In this document: piece after piece, positions 38,635 to 48,733 of the stretch | How the letters are laid out: every line of letters begins with the position of its first letter | How positions within the stretch are numbered: the stretch's first letter is position 1 | Source: Planctomycetota bacterium | GTDB taxonomy: Bacteria > Planctomycetota > PLA2 > JAEUHO01 | Assembly: GCA_965223505.1 (NCBI GenBank) | Contig: CBDCWP010000013.1 | Span: 192,001-256,000 of the forward strand | DNA length: 64,000 nucleotides | Direction: 5' to 3' | The notes under the pieces: generated by a model | Database searches by the model: none | The model's input: only the letters and a program-made list of their open reading frames with translations | What the model was told of the DNA's origin: nothing | Made by a program: the position numbers and the translations under genes

Positions 38635-39564
38635 TTAGGCAGGCGGATGCTGCCGATACCACGCCGCGATCTCGCCCCCGGTCGCCATCCACACCCCCTG
38701 GCGACGCGTCATGTAATCGAGGGCGTCGCGCAAATAGCGGGCGCGAAACGGCTGCCCCATAAGCCAAGGGCGCAGGTTCAGGGTCAGCAGGCGGCCATTG
38801 GCGGCCCCGTCCCGGTACAGGGTGTCGAAGCTGTCTTTCAGCATGTCGATGTAGCGCCGGATCGGCACGCGCCGGTCCCACAGGGCATTGACGTCATCGA
38901 CGGGCAAGGTGATGGGCAGCGCCAAGAGGTCGCCCTGCGTAGTGTTCAGGCGGTAGGGCTGTTCGTCATTCACCCAGTCGCACACGTAGCCAAGGCCGGC
39001 TTGCGCCAGCAATTCGGGGGTGCGGGCCGACTCGCCGTACTCCGGTCCCAGCCAGCCGAGCGGCGCGGCGCCAGTGGCGCGCGTCAGGGCGTCGATCGAG
39101 GCGCGAATCTCAGCGCGCTCGTCTTCTTCCGCCATGTTATTCGTGATGATGCGGCTGACGGACACGCCGTGCGCGATGATCTCGCAGTCCAGGCCCTGGC
39201 AGTGGCGCACCAGGAAGGGATAGTGTTCGGCGGTCAGGGCGTCCATGGCCACGGTCGGCTTGACGCCGTAGGCCTTTAGGGTCTCCAGCAAGCGGAAAAT
39301 GCCGACGCGGTGCCCGTATTCTCGGTGCGACCAGCGCGTCACATCGGGAAACGGCGACGGGCCGTAGCCGCCCGCCAGATTGGCCACCTGGTGATGCCCC
39401 TCCGGGGCGCGCCATTCCATGTGCTCTAGGGTGACGATGACGCACAGGGCGACGCGCGCCTCGCCGGGCCAGCGCAGCGCGGGCCGTTGCGCATTCAGCG
39501 GCGACCAGTCGTAATGCTCGTGATCCATTCCAACACTTGGCCCAACGCGTAACTCCTCAGACAT
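38635..39564 (-). CDS. PuuE-like polysaccharide deacetylase family protein, type B (paralog of 9937-10851)
   Basis: GMDHEHYDWSP, REYGHRVGIFRL, GWLGPEYGES, DWVNDEQPY; start MSEELRV. Confidence 0.88.
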   Translation of the reverse strand: MSEELRVGPSVGMDHEHYDWSPLNAQRPALRWPGEARVALCVIVTLEHMEWRAPEGHHQVANLAGGYGPSPFPDVTRWSHREYGHRVGIFRLLETLKAYGVKPTVAMDALTAEHYPFLVRHCQGLDCEIIAHGVSVSRIITNNMAEEDERAEIRASIDALTRATGAAPLGWLGPEYGESARTPELLAQAGLGYVCDWVNDEQPYRLNTTQGDLLALPITLPVDDVNALWDRRVPIRRYIDMLKDSFDTLYRDGAANGRLLTLNLRPWLMGQPFRARYLRDALDYMTRRQGVWMATGGEIAAWYRQHPPA

Positions 39565-39584
39565 GGCAGGTCTCCTTCGCCGCT

Positions 39585-40493
39585 TTAAGATTGCGCCCGC
39601 TCGATGCGCGCCACCGACTGGTCGTAGTAATGGGCCAGGTAGTACTCGGCGATCTCGTCGGTCGTCGCCTGCCAGACCCCGTCGTGCGACATGATGTAGC
39701 GCAGCACCTCTTCGAGATACTTGACGCGGTGCGGCCGCCCCATGACGTAGGGATGGAAGGCGATGCACATGACGCGCCCGTTGGTCTCGCCCTCCTCGTA
39801 GAGCTGGTCGAACTGCGCTTTGCATATCTCGGCGTAATAGTCCGCCTCGTAGTGGTTGCGGAAGAGGGGGGCGTCGTTGAGTTCTGAGGTGTAGGGGACG
39901 CAGACGAACTTGCCCGAACGCACGTTGACGGGCGTCGGTTGGTCATCGATCTTCCAGTCGGTCTGGTAGACAAAACCGGCCTCAGCCAGCAGATCCGAGG
40001 TGCGCTCGGTGTTGGAGGCCGCTGGCCCGGAGTGCCCTTTGATCTCTCGGCCAGTGAGGCGGTGAAACGTCTCGCGGCAGGCGTGCAGGAATTCCCGCTC
40101 TTGTTCCTCCGAGTAGGTGGTGACGTAGCGCGTGTTGTAAAACCCGTGATTGACGAACGTCCAATCGCGCTGCAGCATGGCCTCGGCCACTTCCGGAAAA
40201 TGCTGCAGCACCCCCATGCTGAGGGTGGTCGAGCAGCGGATCTGATAGGCGTCGAGCACCTCCAGCAAGCGCCAGAAGCCGACGCGGTTGCCGTACTCGT
40301 GCGACGAGTATTGCTGCACGTCGGGATGGGGCATGCGCGGCCACGGATTGCGCACGCCGTCGAGAGGCGGCATGTATTCGTAGTGCTCAACATTCGGGGC
40401 GACCCAAAAGGCGATGCGGGCGTTGTTGGGCCAGGTGATGACGGGACGGTCGATAATCGGACTATAAGGGATGCGATTCGGGGGCAGCGCCAT
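39585..40493 (-). CDS. PuuE-like polysaccharide deacetylase family protein, type A (paralog of 10866-11774)
   Basis: YSPIIDRP, NVEHYEY, YGNRVGFWR; 302 aa like its paralog. Confidence 0.88.
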   Translation of the reverse strand: MALPPNRIPYSPIIDRPVITWPNNARIAFWVAPNVEHYEYMPPLDGVRNPWPRMPHPDVQQYSSHEYGNRVGFWRLLEVLDAYQIRCSTTLSMGVLQHFPEVAEAMLQRDWTFVNHGFYNTRYVTTYSEEQEREFLHACRETFHRLTGREIKGHSGPAASNTERTSDLLAEAGFVYQTDWKIDDQPTPVNVRSGKFVCVPYTSELNDAPLFRNHYEADYYAEICKAQFDQLYEEGETNGRVMCIAFHPYVMGRPHRVKYLEEVLRYIMSHDGVWQATTDEIAEYYLAHYYDQSVARIERAQS

Positions 40494-40654
40494 GATAATA
40501 AAACCCTCCCTGGCGGAAGCTTAGCCTGACTAACGCAAACGCCTCCAGCATAGCATGGCTCGGCGCCGATCGCGAGTCCCTGGTTGCGCTCTTGACGGCC
40601 TTCGAGCCGTGGCGTAAGCTGCGCGCATCACCACTCAATATGAGGAGAAATCAC

Positions 40655-41476
40655 ATGCAACAGCTTACCCGCAACGTCTTCGTCGAGACCCAGGTCAGGG
40701 GCTGTAACCATGGGTTTGTCACCACCTCCGATGGGATTGTCATGATCGATAGCCCCCACAAGCCTAGCGACGCCATGAAGCTCAAGGCGGAAATCGCCAA
40801 GCACGGCGAGCTGCGCTACATCATCAACACCGAGCCGCACGGCGACCACTGGACGGGCAACGCCTTTTTTGACGCCCCGGTCGTGGCCCACGAGGGGGTG
40901 CGCCGCCGCATTCTCGACACCAACATGGACGAGCACGTGGCGCGCGTCGCGGCCTTCGGCCCGGAGGAGCCCAAGCTGCTGGAGGGCTACACGGCCAATG
41001 CGCCGGTGCTCACGTTTAAAAACGGCATGACCATGCACGTCGGCGACCACACCTTTGAGATGATCCACATGCCCGGCCACACCCCCTACCAGGCCGCGAT
41101 TTTGATTAAAGAAGAGGGGGTGGTGTTCACCAGCGACAACATTTTTCACCAGGTGCAGACGTGGCTGCACGAGGCCAATCCCGACCTGTGGCTGGTGGCG
41201 CTGGAATCCCTACGCCGCCTCGATGAAGAGACCTTCGTGCCCGGCCACGGCCCGATTTGCGGCAAAGGCTACCTGGACGAGCAGGGCGCCTTTATCCAGG
41301 AGTGGAAGGAATACGTCAAGAACGGCATCGACCGGGGCATGACCAAGGACGAGGCGGTCGCCAACCTGACGGCGATGACAGAGCGCTACCCCATGGACGT
41401 CGGGCAGGACGGCATGGCGCCAATGGTGATGCGCATCAACGTGGCGAATTTGTACGACTATTTGACCGGCGCCTAA
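40655..41476 (+). CDS. Metallo-beta-lactamase fold hydrolase (cyclase-like)
   Basis: TEPHGDH, PGHT, VPGHG; GAGGAG RBS. Confidence 0.88.
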   Translation: MQQLTRNVFVETQVRGCNHGFVTTSDGIVMIDSPHKPSDAMKLKAEIAKHGELRYIINTEPHGDHWTGNAFFDAPVVAHEGVRRRILDTNMDEHVARVAAFGPEEPKLLEGYTANAPVLTFKNGMTMHVGDHTFEMIHMPGHTPYQAAILIKEEGVVFTSDNIFHQVQTWLHEANPDLWLVALESLRRLDEETFVPGHGPICGKGYLDEQGAFIQEWKEYVKNGIDRGMTKDEAVANLTAMTERYPMDVGQDGMAPMVMRINVANLYDYLTGA

Positions 41477-41499
41477 GCCGTGAGACAGGGGGCAAACAC

Positions 41500-42216
41500 A
41501 TGGCGGATTTTTGGGAGAGCGCGCAGGTTGACGGCAATGACATGAAGCTGTTCGTCAGCGTCCCGAGCGGCGCGGGTTCGGGGCCGCTGCCTGCCGTCGT
41601 GGTGATTCAGCACCAGGGCGGCCTCGATGACTTTGTGCAGGAGATGACGCAGCGCATCGCGCAGGCTGGCTATGTGGGCGTGGCGCCGGAACTCTACCAC
41701 CGTGACGGGCCGGATTGCCAGGACGACGGCCCCACGCGCCGGGCGCGCCTGCGCGACGACAATGTCATCAAGGATGTCAACGCCACCATCGACTTCCTGC
41801 TGGCGCACGACGGCGTGGACAACGACCGCATTGGCATCGTCGGCTACTGCATGGGCGGACGCGTCGTCTACCTGATGGCGGCGATCAACCCGCACTTGAA
41901 GGCGGGCGTGGACTACTACGGCGGCAACATCATGGTCCCCTGGGGCGATGGCCCCGCGCCTTTCGAGCGCACGGCGGACATTCAGTGCCCGCTGCTCGGG
42001 TTGTTTGGCGAGGCGGACGCCAATCCGTCCCCGGCGGACATGCAAACGCTTGACGCCGAGTTGACCAAACACGGCAAGGCGCACGAATTTCATTCGTATC
42101 CGGGCGCCAATCACGCCTTTATGAATTCACGCGGCGACCGCTATCACGCCGAGGCGGCGCAGGACTCTTGGCCCAAGGCGCTGGCGTTTTTCGAGAAGCA
42201 TTTGGGCAAGGCGTAG
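41500..42216 (+). CDS. Dienelactone hydrolase family protein
   Basis: GYCMGG nucleophile elbow, YPGANHAF. Confidence 0.92.
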   Translation: MADFWESAQVDGNDMKLFVSVPSGAGSGPLPAVVVIQHQGGLDDFVQEMTQRIAQAGYVGVAPELYHRDGPDCQDDGPTRRARLRDDNVIKDVNATIDFLLAHDGVDNDRIGIVGYCMGGRVVYLMAAINPHLKAGVDYYGGNIMVPWGDGPAPFERTADIQCPLLGLFGEADANPSPADMQTLDAELTKHGKAHEFHSYPGANHAFMNSRGDRYHAEAAQDSWPKALAFFEKHLGKA

Positions 42217-42357
42217 GCGGGTTAGCCTGTCCGTTCGGGGGTTGCAGCAGGCCAAGCTCCGTAGCCTGCTGCAACCGCTGCAGAAGCGCGATGGACATGG
42301 ATGCAAGCGCGGGCTGGACCTGATCAGACGACGCCCAGAGCGTCAATGACCAGGCGT

Positions 42358-43224
42358 TTAGTCGCCCGGCGTTTGCACGCACACCACCCAACACCACACC
42401 GTATCGGTGGCTCCCGAGTCGTTACGCCCCTTGCACATCCAGGCGTTGGCGGCATCAATCCCCAGGGCTTCAATGACAGCCTCATTTGGGTCGTTAAACG
42501 CTCCCCCGGCTGGACGAGAAGCGTAGAGCGTAAAGCCAGGGGGGGCCTCGAATCCTCCGGCGACGACATTCCATCCACTAGGGCAGGTCTCGCTAAACGC
42601 CGTAAAATCCGCACCGTCTAACACCTCCTTGGGCAGTCGCTTGACGTCGATAACCACAGGCGATGCCGTTGGCGGCTCAAAGTAACCGACGACATCGATG
42701 ATGATGTGGGCGCTGCCGCCATCGACCCGTATCGATATATCCTTGGCGCAGCCCGAACAGGTCGATACGATGGTCGTATTCGCAACAACCCGCCCAGGGC
42801 CCCAGTTTAACACACTGATTAACGGCACAGGATCATTATAGGCAAAGGCGCGGAAGTTGCCCGAACCGGAAGGAACGGCCGTGATGGTCATGACAATTGC
42901 CGGGGGCTCAGTCGTTGCCGGCATGTCCGGGCAACCCAGCTCGTTGCCGCCTTGACCGGGGATAAGGTCGCCGTTATCATTTACCACGATATCAATGACG
43001 GTTCCGCCTCCGGCAATAGGCCCCATAAGCCCCGGATCAGTTGCCAATCGTGTGTCCAACACCCGGCAGGGCGTCACCGGCGTATAGAGCAATTCTCTAG
43101 TCGACTCTCCAAATGCCCAGGTCTCTGTGGGGCTCACCGCAAGGATCGCCAGCATCGCGGCAATACCTACTAACCACAGTTGTCCATGTGACCATGGTCG
43201 TAACATGCGGGAGCCATTTTTCAT
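42358..43224 (-). CDS. Secreted hypothetical protein
   Basis: Signal peptide ending TWA; YTPVTPCRVLDTR and HIIIDVVGYF extracellular-domain motifs; start uncertain. Confidence 0.65.
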   Translation of the reverse strand: MKNGSRMLRPWSHGQLWLVGIAAMLAILAVSPTETWAFGESTRELLYTPVTPCRVLDTRLATDPGLMGPIAGGGTVIDIVVNDNGDLIPGQGGNELGCPDMPATTEPPAIVMTITAVPSGSGNFRAFAYNDPVPLISVLNWGPGRVVANTTIVSTCSGCAKDISIRVDGGSAHIIIDVVGYFEPPTASPVVIDVKRLPKEVLDGADFTAFSETCPSGWNVVAGGFEAPPGFTLYASRPAGGAFNDPNEAVIEALGIDAANAWMCKGRNDSGATDTVWCWVVCVQTPGD

Positions 43225-43462
43225 GCGTGTCATGCTCGCGGCAAGTTGATGTAATTTATGAAAAGGGCTGATTCGCATTAGTTGAATGGAGATCATGGCT
43301 TTCATCTTGCTACCTCTTTGTAATTTTTCTATTTTGTTAAATTTCAATAATTCATTATCAAATTTCAATTTGAAATTAATAGATAATCAAATTCAATTAC
43401 AATGATATAACTCTACAATATAAAATTAGTAGAGCTAAACTGATATGCTTATATACCATATG

Positions 43463-43496
43463 TCGGTAAAATCGCACATTCGGTAAAATCGCACAT
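43463..43496. repeat. 17-bp tandem direct repeat in an AT-rich divergent promoter region
   Basis: TCGGTAAAATCGCACAT twice. Confidence 0.85.
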
Positions 43497-43894
43497 AAAA
43501 AATATCTAATTTGTGGCCGAGATGAGGCGTTGGCGCGACCGCGCGCCGGTCAGGGCAGGCAGCAATCCTGATGGCCTCGAATCGTTTGTCTACATTATGT
43601 CAACAATCTCATGTAAAAATCGTTAGCCCCTTGGCATAGACCGCGTTCGCATGAAACCATCGGCGCCGCCGCTCCCATCCCCCTGGCCCCGCCCCCTATC
43701 AGATGCTTTCCACCCAAATGGTTGCGCTCAGGTAGATTGCCGCAGCATGTCACGGCGATGCCCGCCATCGGCCGCCATTGCCGAAAAAATACACATTCGA
43801 CGTTGAAATGATATTTTATTTTCGATATTATATAGACAAATAATAGTCAACATTTAATAACAACATGCGCGCATTAGGCCGGGAGCCCTTAATC

Positions 43895-45190
43895 ATGACA
43901 CCATCCGACAACCTGATCACCACGACGGACCTCATCCCCGATGATCGCGTCACCCCCTACGCGCCGGATGCAGAAACCCCGCCCAAACGCCTCGACGAGG
44001 GCGACGATGCCGTGGCGCGATATTTTGGCGAGGTGCGCAACTTTTCGCTCCTCGATCGCGAGCAAGAGCAGGCATTGTGGCGCCGGATAGTGCGATTAAA
44101 AGCCAGAGGGCGCCGGATACTTTTAACGTCACCCACGGCTTTGTCAACCCTGACGCGGGTATGGAACCAACTCAAACACGGCGAACTCGCCGGCGCGCAG
44201 ATCATGGCGGCCGAGGCGGCTGACGACGATCAGCAGCAATTGGAGGCATTCGGCGCCGCCGTCGCTGCATGGCCATCGTTCCACGCCAGCCAGAGCGCCG
44301 AAAGCCGTTGGCGGCGCTACCGCGCCTGGCATCCCTCGTGGTTGGCGCTACAGTGCAAGGACGGCCTGTATGACATCCTGCAAGACGATTTTCAGCAAGC
44401 TCATGAACGGCATCCTGACGACTCGAGGCTTGTCGCGGCGTGGCGGGCTTGGTCGCTTGCGCAACAGCACCTGGCGAAGGCGAAGGCGGACATGCTGCAA
44501 GCCAATCTGCGTTTGGTGATCTATGTGGCGCGGAGCTATCGGCATGCCGAATTGCCCTTACTCGATCTGGTGCAGGAGGGCAATATTGGCTTGATGCGCG
44601 CCATCGAGAAATTCGAGCCCGAACGCGGCTTTAAATTTGTGACGTACGCCTATTGGTGGATCCGGCAAGCGATTGGCAGAGGTATTATCCAGCAAGGCCG
44701 GACCGTGCGCTTGCCGAGCTATCTGATTGAGCGGCGCAATAAGCTGCTCGCCACGGCTCGTCAGTTGAATCAGCGTCCTGGGGCGCCGACCGACATCGAA
44801 GCGCTTGGATCAGCTTTGGGGTGGCCCCCCAAGGAGATTGAAGATTTGCTCGCCGTGACCCAATCCGCCCTCTCTCTGCAGCAAATGGACCGGGAGGATG
44901 GCCGCGAGCCGATTGATCTGTTGGCGGCTTCCCCGGATCAGGCGCCCGAAGACACTGTGAGCCGCGTTGAACTGCAGCGCTGCCTCGCCAGTTGCATGGA
45001 TGCGCTCACGCCTCGTGAAGTCTTTATCCTGCGCCAACGCTACGGCTTCGATGAGGAGCCGCAGAGTCTGAGAGAGATCGGCGAAACGCTTGGCCTAAGC
45101 CGGGAGAGGGTGCGGCAGATCGAGAGGGCGGCCCTGGAGCGCTTGCGCCAATACGCCATACGCGATGCCCTCGCGGAATTCGTTTCATAA
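43895..45190 (+). CDS. RNA polymerase sigma-70 factor, RpoD/RpoS-like, lacking region 1.1
   Basis: ANLRLV, DLVQEGNIGLMRAIEKF, TYAYWWIRQAI, SRERVRQIE. Confidence 0.92.
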   Translation: MTPSDNLITTTDLIPDDRVTPYAPDAETPPKRLDEGDDAVARYFGEVRNFSLLDREQEQALWRRIVRLKARGRRILLTSPTALSTLTRVWNQLKHGELAGAQIMAAEAADDDQQQLEAFGAAVAAWPSFHASQSAESRWRRYRAWHPSWLALQCKDGLYDILQDDFQQAHERHPDDSRLVAAWRAWSLAQQHLAKAKADMLQANLRLVIYVARSYRHAELPLLDLVQEGNIGLMRAIEKFEPERGFKFVTYAYWWIRQAIGRGIIQQGRTVRLPSYLIERRNKLLATARQLNQRPGAPTDIEALGSALGWPPKEIEDLLAVTQSALSLQQMDREDGREPIDLLAASPDQAPEDTVSRVELQRCLASCMDALTPREVFILRQRYGFDEEPQSLREIGETLGLSRERVRQIERAALERLRQYAIRDALAEFVS

Positions 45191-45257
45191 TTTGTCTATA
45201 TTTTGCTTAGCTATAAGCACAGGTTGCAAATCTATTCATTTATATATGAGGTCCAAC

Positions 45258-46655
45258 ATGTTCACGCAGTCATTTACGCGCCGCACCCGTATTGACGCCC
45301 CTGCCGCCGCCGTCTTTGATTGGCATGCGCAGCCCGGCGCCATTGAGCGTCTGACCCCTGCCTGGGAGCCGGTGGAAGTGCTTGAGCGAAGCGGCGGCAT
45401 TGAAAATGGGTCGCGCGTCGTTTTAGGCGTGCGTCAGGGGCCGATCCGGCTGCGCTGGGAGGCCGAGCACTGCGACTATGAAGCCGGGGCGCAATTTCGA
45501 GATATTCAACGCGCTGGCCCCTTTGCCCGCTGGGAGCACACCCACCGGGTGCAGCCGGATGGGCCTGAGTCGTGCTATCTGGAAGATCATATCGACTACG
45601 CGTTGCCCCTCGCCCCGATGAGCCATCTGGTGGCCGGCGGCTTGGTGCGCCGCAAGCTCGACCGTCTATTTGACTACCGCCATCGCATCACGGCTGATGA
45701 CATCGCGGCGCATCGCCGCGCCGCTGACGCCGCGCCCATGCGCATCTTGGTGACGGGTTCGAGCGGCCTGGTGGGCTCCGCCCTTGCGCCGTTTCTCACC
45801 ACCGGCGGGCATTCCGTCACCCGGTTGGTGCGCCAGGCTGAGCCAGCGCAGGCCGGGACGATTCTGTGGTCGCCGCAAACCGGCGTCGCCGACCTAGACG
45901 CGCTCGAGGGGCTGGACGCCGTGGTGCACCTGGCGGGCGAAAGCATTGCCAGTGGACGCTGGACGCCGCAAAAGAAAGCCGCCATTCGCGACAGCCGCGT
46001 GCAGGGCACACGGTTGTTATGCGAAGCCCTGGCAAAGTTAAAACAACCGCCCAAAGTCCTCGTCTCCGCCTCGGCGATTGGTTATTATGGCGACCGAGGC
46101 GACGAGCGCCTGGGGGAAAATAGCGCCTATGGCCAGGATTTTTTGGCCGGCGTGTGCCGCGATTGGGAAGCGGCGACAGCGCCGGCTGCGGCCCGCGGCA
46201 TTCGCGTGGTCAATCTGCGCTTTGGCATGGTGCTGAGCCTCGCGGGCGGCGCGCTCGCCAAAATGCTGCCGCCGTTTCAACTCGGCGCCGGCGGCGTCAT
46301 GGGCGATGGCCGCCAATACATGAGCTGGGTGGCGCTGGACGATGCGATTGGCGCGATTCACCATGCGATGTTCACCGACACCCTGCAGGGGCCGGTGAAC
46401 GTCGTGGCGCCCGAGGCGGTGACGAATCGCGTGTTTACCCAGACTCTGGGTCGGGTGCTCAAACGCCCTGTCCTGGCGCCGCTGCCCGCGCCTGTGGCGC
46501 GTCTGATGTTTGGCGAAATGGCGGATGCGCTGTTGTTGTCGAGCGCCAGAGTCGAACCCCGCAAGCTGCAAGACGCCGGCTATCCGTTTCGCCACCCCAC
46601 CCTGGAAGATGCTCTGCGGCATGTGCTGGGCCGCGTGGCGCAGCATGAGTCTTAA
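45258..46655 (+). CDS. SRPBCC domain fused to TIGR01777-family NAD-dependent epimerase
   Basis: GPFARWEHTH; TGSSGLVG, HLAGESI, SASAIGYYG, GPVNVVAP. Confidence 0.9.
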   Translation: MFTQSFTRRTRIDAPAAAVFDWHAQPGAIERLTPAWEPVEVLERSGGIENGSRVVLGVRQGPIRLRWEAEHCDYEAGAQFRDIQRAGPFARWEHTHRVQPDGPESCYLEDHIDYALPLAPMSHLVAGGLVRRKLDRLFDYRHRITADDIAAHRRAADAAPMRILVTGSSGLVGSALAPFLTTGGHSVTRLVRQAEPAQAGTILWSPQTGVADLDALEGLDAVVHLAGESIASGRWTPQKKAAIRDSRVQGTRLLCEALAKLKQPPKVLVSASAIGYYGDRGDERLGENSAYGQDFLAGVCRDWEAATAPAAARGIRVVNLRFGMVLSLAGGALAKMLPPFQLGAGGVMGDGRQYMSWVALDDAIGAIHHAMFTDTLQGPVNVVAPEAVTNRVFTQTLGRVLKRPVLAPLPAPVARLMFGEMADALLLSSARVEPRKLQDAGYPFRHPTLEDALRHVLGRVAQHES

Positions 46656-46667
46656 TGTGAGAAGGTC

Positions 46668-46692
46668 GGGGACAGAATTGCATTCTGTCCCC
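46668..46692. repeat. Intergenic hairpin (REP-like or terminator)
   Basis: GGGGACAGAAT-tgc-ATTCTGTCCCC. Confidence 0.5.
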
Positions 46693-46728
46693 TCCGTAAG
46701 TCGCAATTTGACATAGAAGGAATGCGCG

Positions 46729-47478
46729 ATGATTCGGGTCATTCGAGCCCCTGAGCGGCATTTTACGGATTATCATTGGCTGCAAACCTACTGGCTGTTT
46801 TCGTTCGCCGATTACTACGACCCCGACAATATTCAGTTTGGCGCGCTGCGCGTCGTCAATGACGACGTGGTGCAACCGCGGCAAGGCTTTGGCACGCATC
46901 CGCACGAGGAGATGGAAATTATCACCATCGTGCTCGACGGCGAGGTCACGCACGAGGACAGCCTCGGCGCCAAAGCCGTGATCCGCGCCGGTGATGTGCA
47001 ACGCATGTCCGCGGGCACGGGCATTCGCCACTCGGAGTTCAATCTGGGCGATGTCCCGGCGCATTTTTATCAGATCTGGATCTATCCCGACGAAGCTGGC
47101 GTCGAGCCAAGCTATGGGCAGCAGAGTTTCGCGGGCGTGGACCGAACCAACCGCCTCCTGCCGGTGGCCTCGGGGCAGGGCTTGCCGGATGTCGTCACCT
47201 TTCACACCGATGCGACGATCTACCTCTCCGATCTCAAGGCCCAGCAGAGCCTGACGCACCAGACGGACGGCTCGCGGCGCGTGTTCGTCTATGTGACGGC
47301 GGGCGATTTGGAGGTCGAGGGCGAACGGATTCACCCGCAGGACCAGGCGCGCATCGATCCCGAGGGACCGCTCCGTCTCACCGCCGCCTCGGATGCGAGC
47401 TTCTTACTGATTGATGTGCCCTCGTGCCGGGGCTGGGGCTATGATCAGGCGACGCTGCGGGGCGAATCGGCGTCGTAG
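46729..47478 (+). CDS. Pirin family protein (YhhW-like)
   Basis: FSFADYYDP, GFGTHPH, MSAGTGIRHSE, QIWIYP. Confidence 0.93.
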   Translation: MIRVIRAPERHFTDYHWLQTYWLFSFADYYDPDNIQFGALRVVNDDVVQPRQGFGTHPHEEMEIITIVLDGEVTHEDSLGAKAVIRAGDVQRMSAGTGIRHSEFNLGDVPAHFYQIWIYPDEAGVEPSYGQQSFAGVDRTNRLLPVASGQGLPDVVTFHTDATIYLSDLKAQQSLTHQTDGSRRVFVYVTAGDLEVEGERIHPQDQARIDPEGPLRLTAASDASFLLIDVPSCRGWGYDQATLRGESAS

Positions 47479-47512
47479 CGGCAGTGTGCTGGGCATCGTT
47501 CTTGATCCTGCG

Positions 47513-47565
47513 CGGAAAATGCATTGAAATAATGCATATTTTATGCATAAACGATGCATTTTCCG
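47513..47565. promoter_or_regulatory. Palindromic operator with four ATGCAT boxes
   Basis: ATGCAT at 47519, 47532, 47543 and 47554; outer 12-bp inverted repeat CGGAAAATGCAT/ATGCATTTTCCG. Confidence 0.75.
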
Positions 47566-47585
47566 TCTAGTGAAAGGATTAGATC

Positions 47586-47795
47586 ATGCCCAGAATTACC
47601 ATTGAGTTTTCCAACGACCTCGATAACATCTTGAAAGATTTGGCCAAGCAGGGCAATACGACGAAGGTCGAGATCATCCGGCGCGCCCTGGCCCTCTACC
47701 ATTACGTTAACAAAGAGGTTAAACACAAAAACCTCAAGCTTTCCGTGAGCGATGAAAACGACGAACTGCTCAAAGAAATCATACTGGATTTGTAA
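47586..47795 (+). CDS. Ribbon-helix-helix (CopG-like) DNA-binding protein
   Basis: MPRITIEF...LKDLAKQGNTTKVEIIRRALALY; AAGGA RBS. Confidence 0.8.
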   Translation: MPRITIEFSNDLDNILKDLAKQGNTTKVEIIRRALALYHYVNKEVKHKNLKLSVSDENDELLKEIILDL

Positions 47796-48199
47796 TGGCT
47801 GCCCCCATGCCTCCAGGGGAGCGGTTCTCTGATGTAACTGGGGCCTTTCCCAACGCGCATGAGCCCCCCCACCTTCGCGCAATTGTTCGGGGTGCGCTTT
47901 CTGCGGCTGCTCATCTGGATTATTTGCGGCCTCATCGTGGCGCTCTTCATCGCCTGGCTCTATACCCGCCCGACCTTTACCACCGTGCGGGTCATGCTTG
48001 GCGAATCCCCGATCCCAAAGTCGTGATCGAAACGCTGTGCGAACTGCGGCGCGATCACATCGACCACTTCCGCGATATCCTCCAACTGTTGGTGCTCTCA
48101 GGTCTCACGCCGCTGGTGACGCTGTTTGCTGGCTACACGTTCGGCAGGCAGGAGAACGAGCGCCGCGCTGGCTCGGAAACGGAAGGGAATGCAGCATGA
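47795..48199 (+). CDS. Probable 2-TM membrane protein with compensating frameshifts
   Basis: An alternate frame between the C7 run (47864-47870) and the C4 run (~48007) encodes LLIWIICGLIVALFIAWLY; second TM LLVLSGLTPLVTLFAGYTFG. Confidence 0.6.
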   Translation: MAAPMPPGERFSDVTGAFPNAHEPPHLRAIVRGALSAAAHLDYLRPHRGALHRLALYPPDLYHRAGHAWRIPDPKVVIETLCELRRDHIDHFRDILQLLVLSGLTPLVTLFAGYTFGRQENERRAGSETEGNAA

Positions 48200-48483
48200 A
48201 TCAGGTTCCAACCCTTTATATTGGCGTTGCCGCCCCGTTGGTTGAGCGTTCCCGCACCTGGATGGTCAACTTGCCGGCCGATGAGGGGTCGGAAGCCCTT
48301 CGCGCCGTTATTCAAGCCTTTCCCAGACGCGAACTCAACGCCTATGGACTGAAATTTCACGATGACGACCCGTCAGTGCTGACATTCCGCACCGCTGAGC
48401 GTATGCCTGAGGTGCGGGTGCATGACGCGATTACGAAATGGATCGACGCGCCGCCTGTCCTTGCTGCATCCCGCTGCCTATGA
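48196..48483 (+). CDS. Hypothetical protein (~95 aa), translationally coupled
   Basis: ATGA overlap with the previous stop; MNQVPTLYIGV... Confidence 0.5.
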   Translation: MNQVPTLYIGVAAPLVERSRTWMVNLPADEGSEALRAVIQAFPRRELNAYGLKFHDDDPSVLTFRTAERMPEVRVHDAITKWIDAPPVLAASRCL

Positions 48484-48733
48484 GCCTGATGTGGCGATGA
48501 CGCTGAACAATTTGGGGACTTTACTCTGTGACCTGGGGGAGCGTGACGAGGCCCGACACGCTTGCCACGAAGCCCTGGAAATTCTCTGGCCGCTAGCCAA
48601 CCAATGGCCAAAAGCGTATGTCTATGATTTTAGAGGCGCGCTGAACAACTACCTCATAATCGTCGGCGAGGCCCCAGACGACCGCTGGTATCAGATTTGG
48701 CAACAGCAGCAACCGGCAGCCAGCGACGACTAA
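48470..48733 (+). pseudogene. C-terminal fragment of a TPR protein
   Basis: AYEPDVAMTLNNLG...EAR....EALEI TPR repeat with no convincing start. Confidence 0.65.

Noticed and set aside
43463..43496. CRISPR array or iteron origin
   Set aside because: Only two abutting copies, no spacers, and no cas or rep gene.
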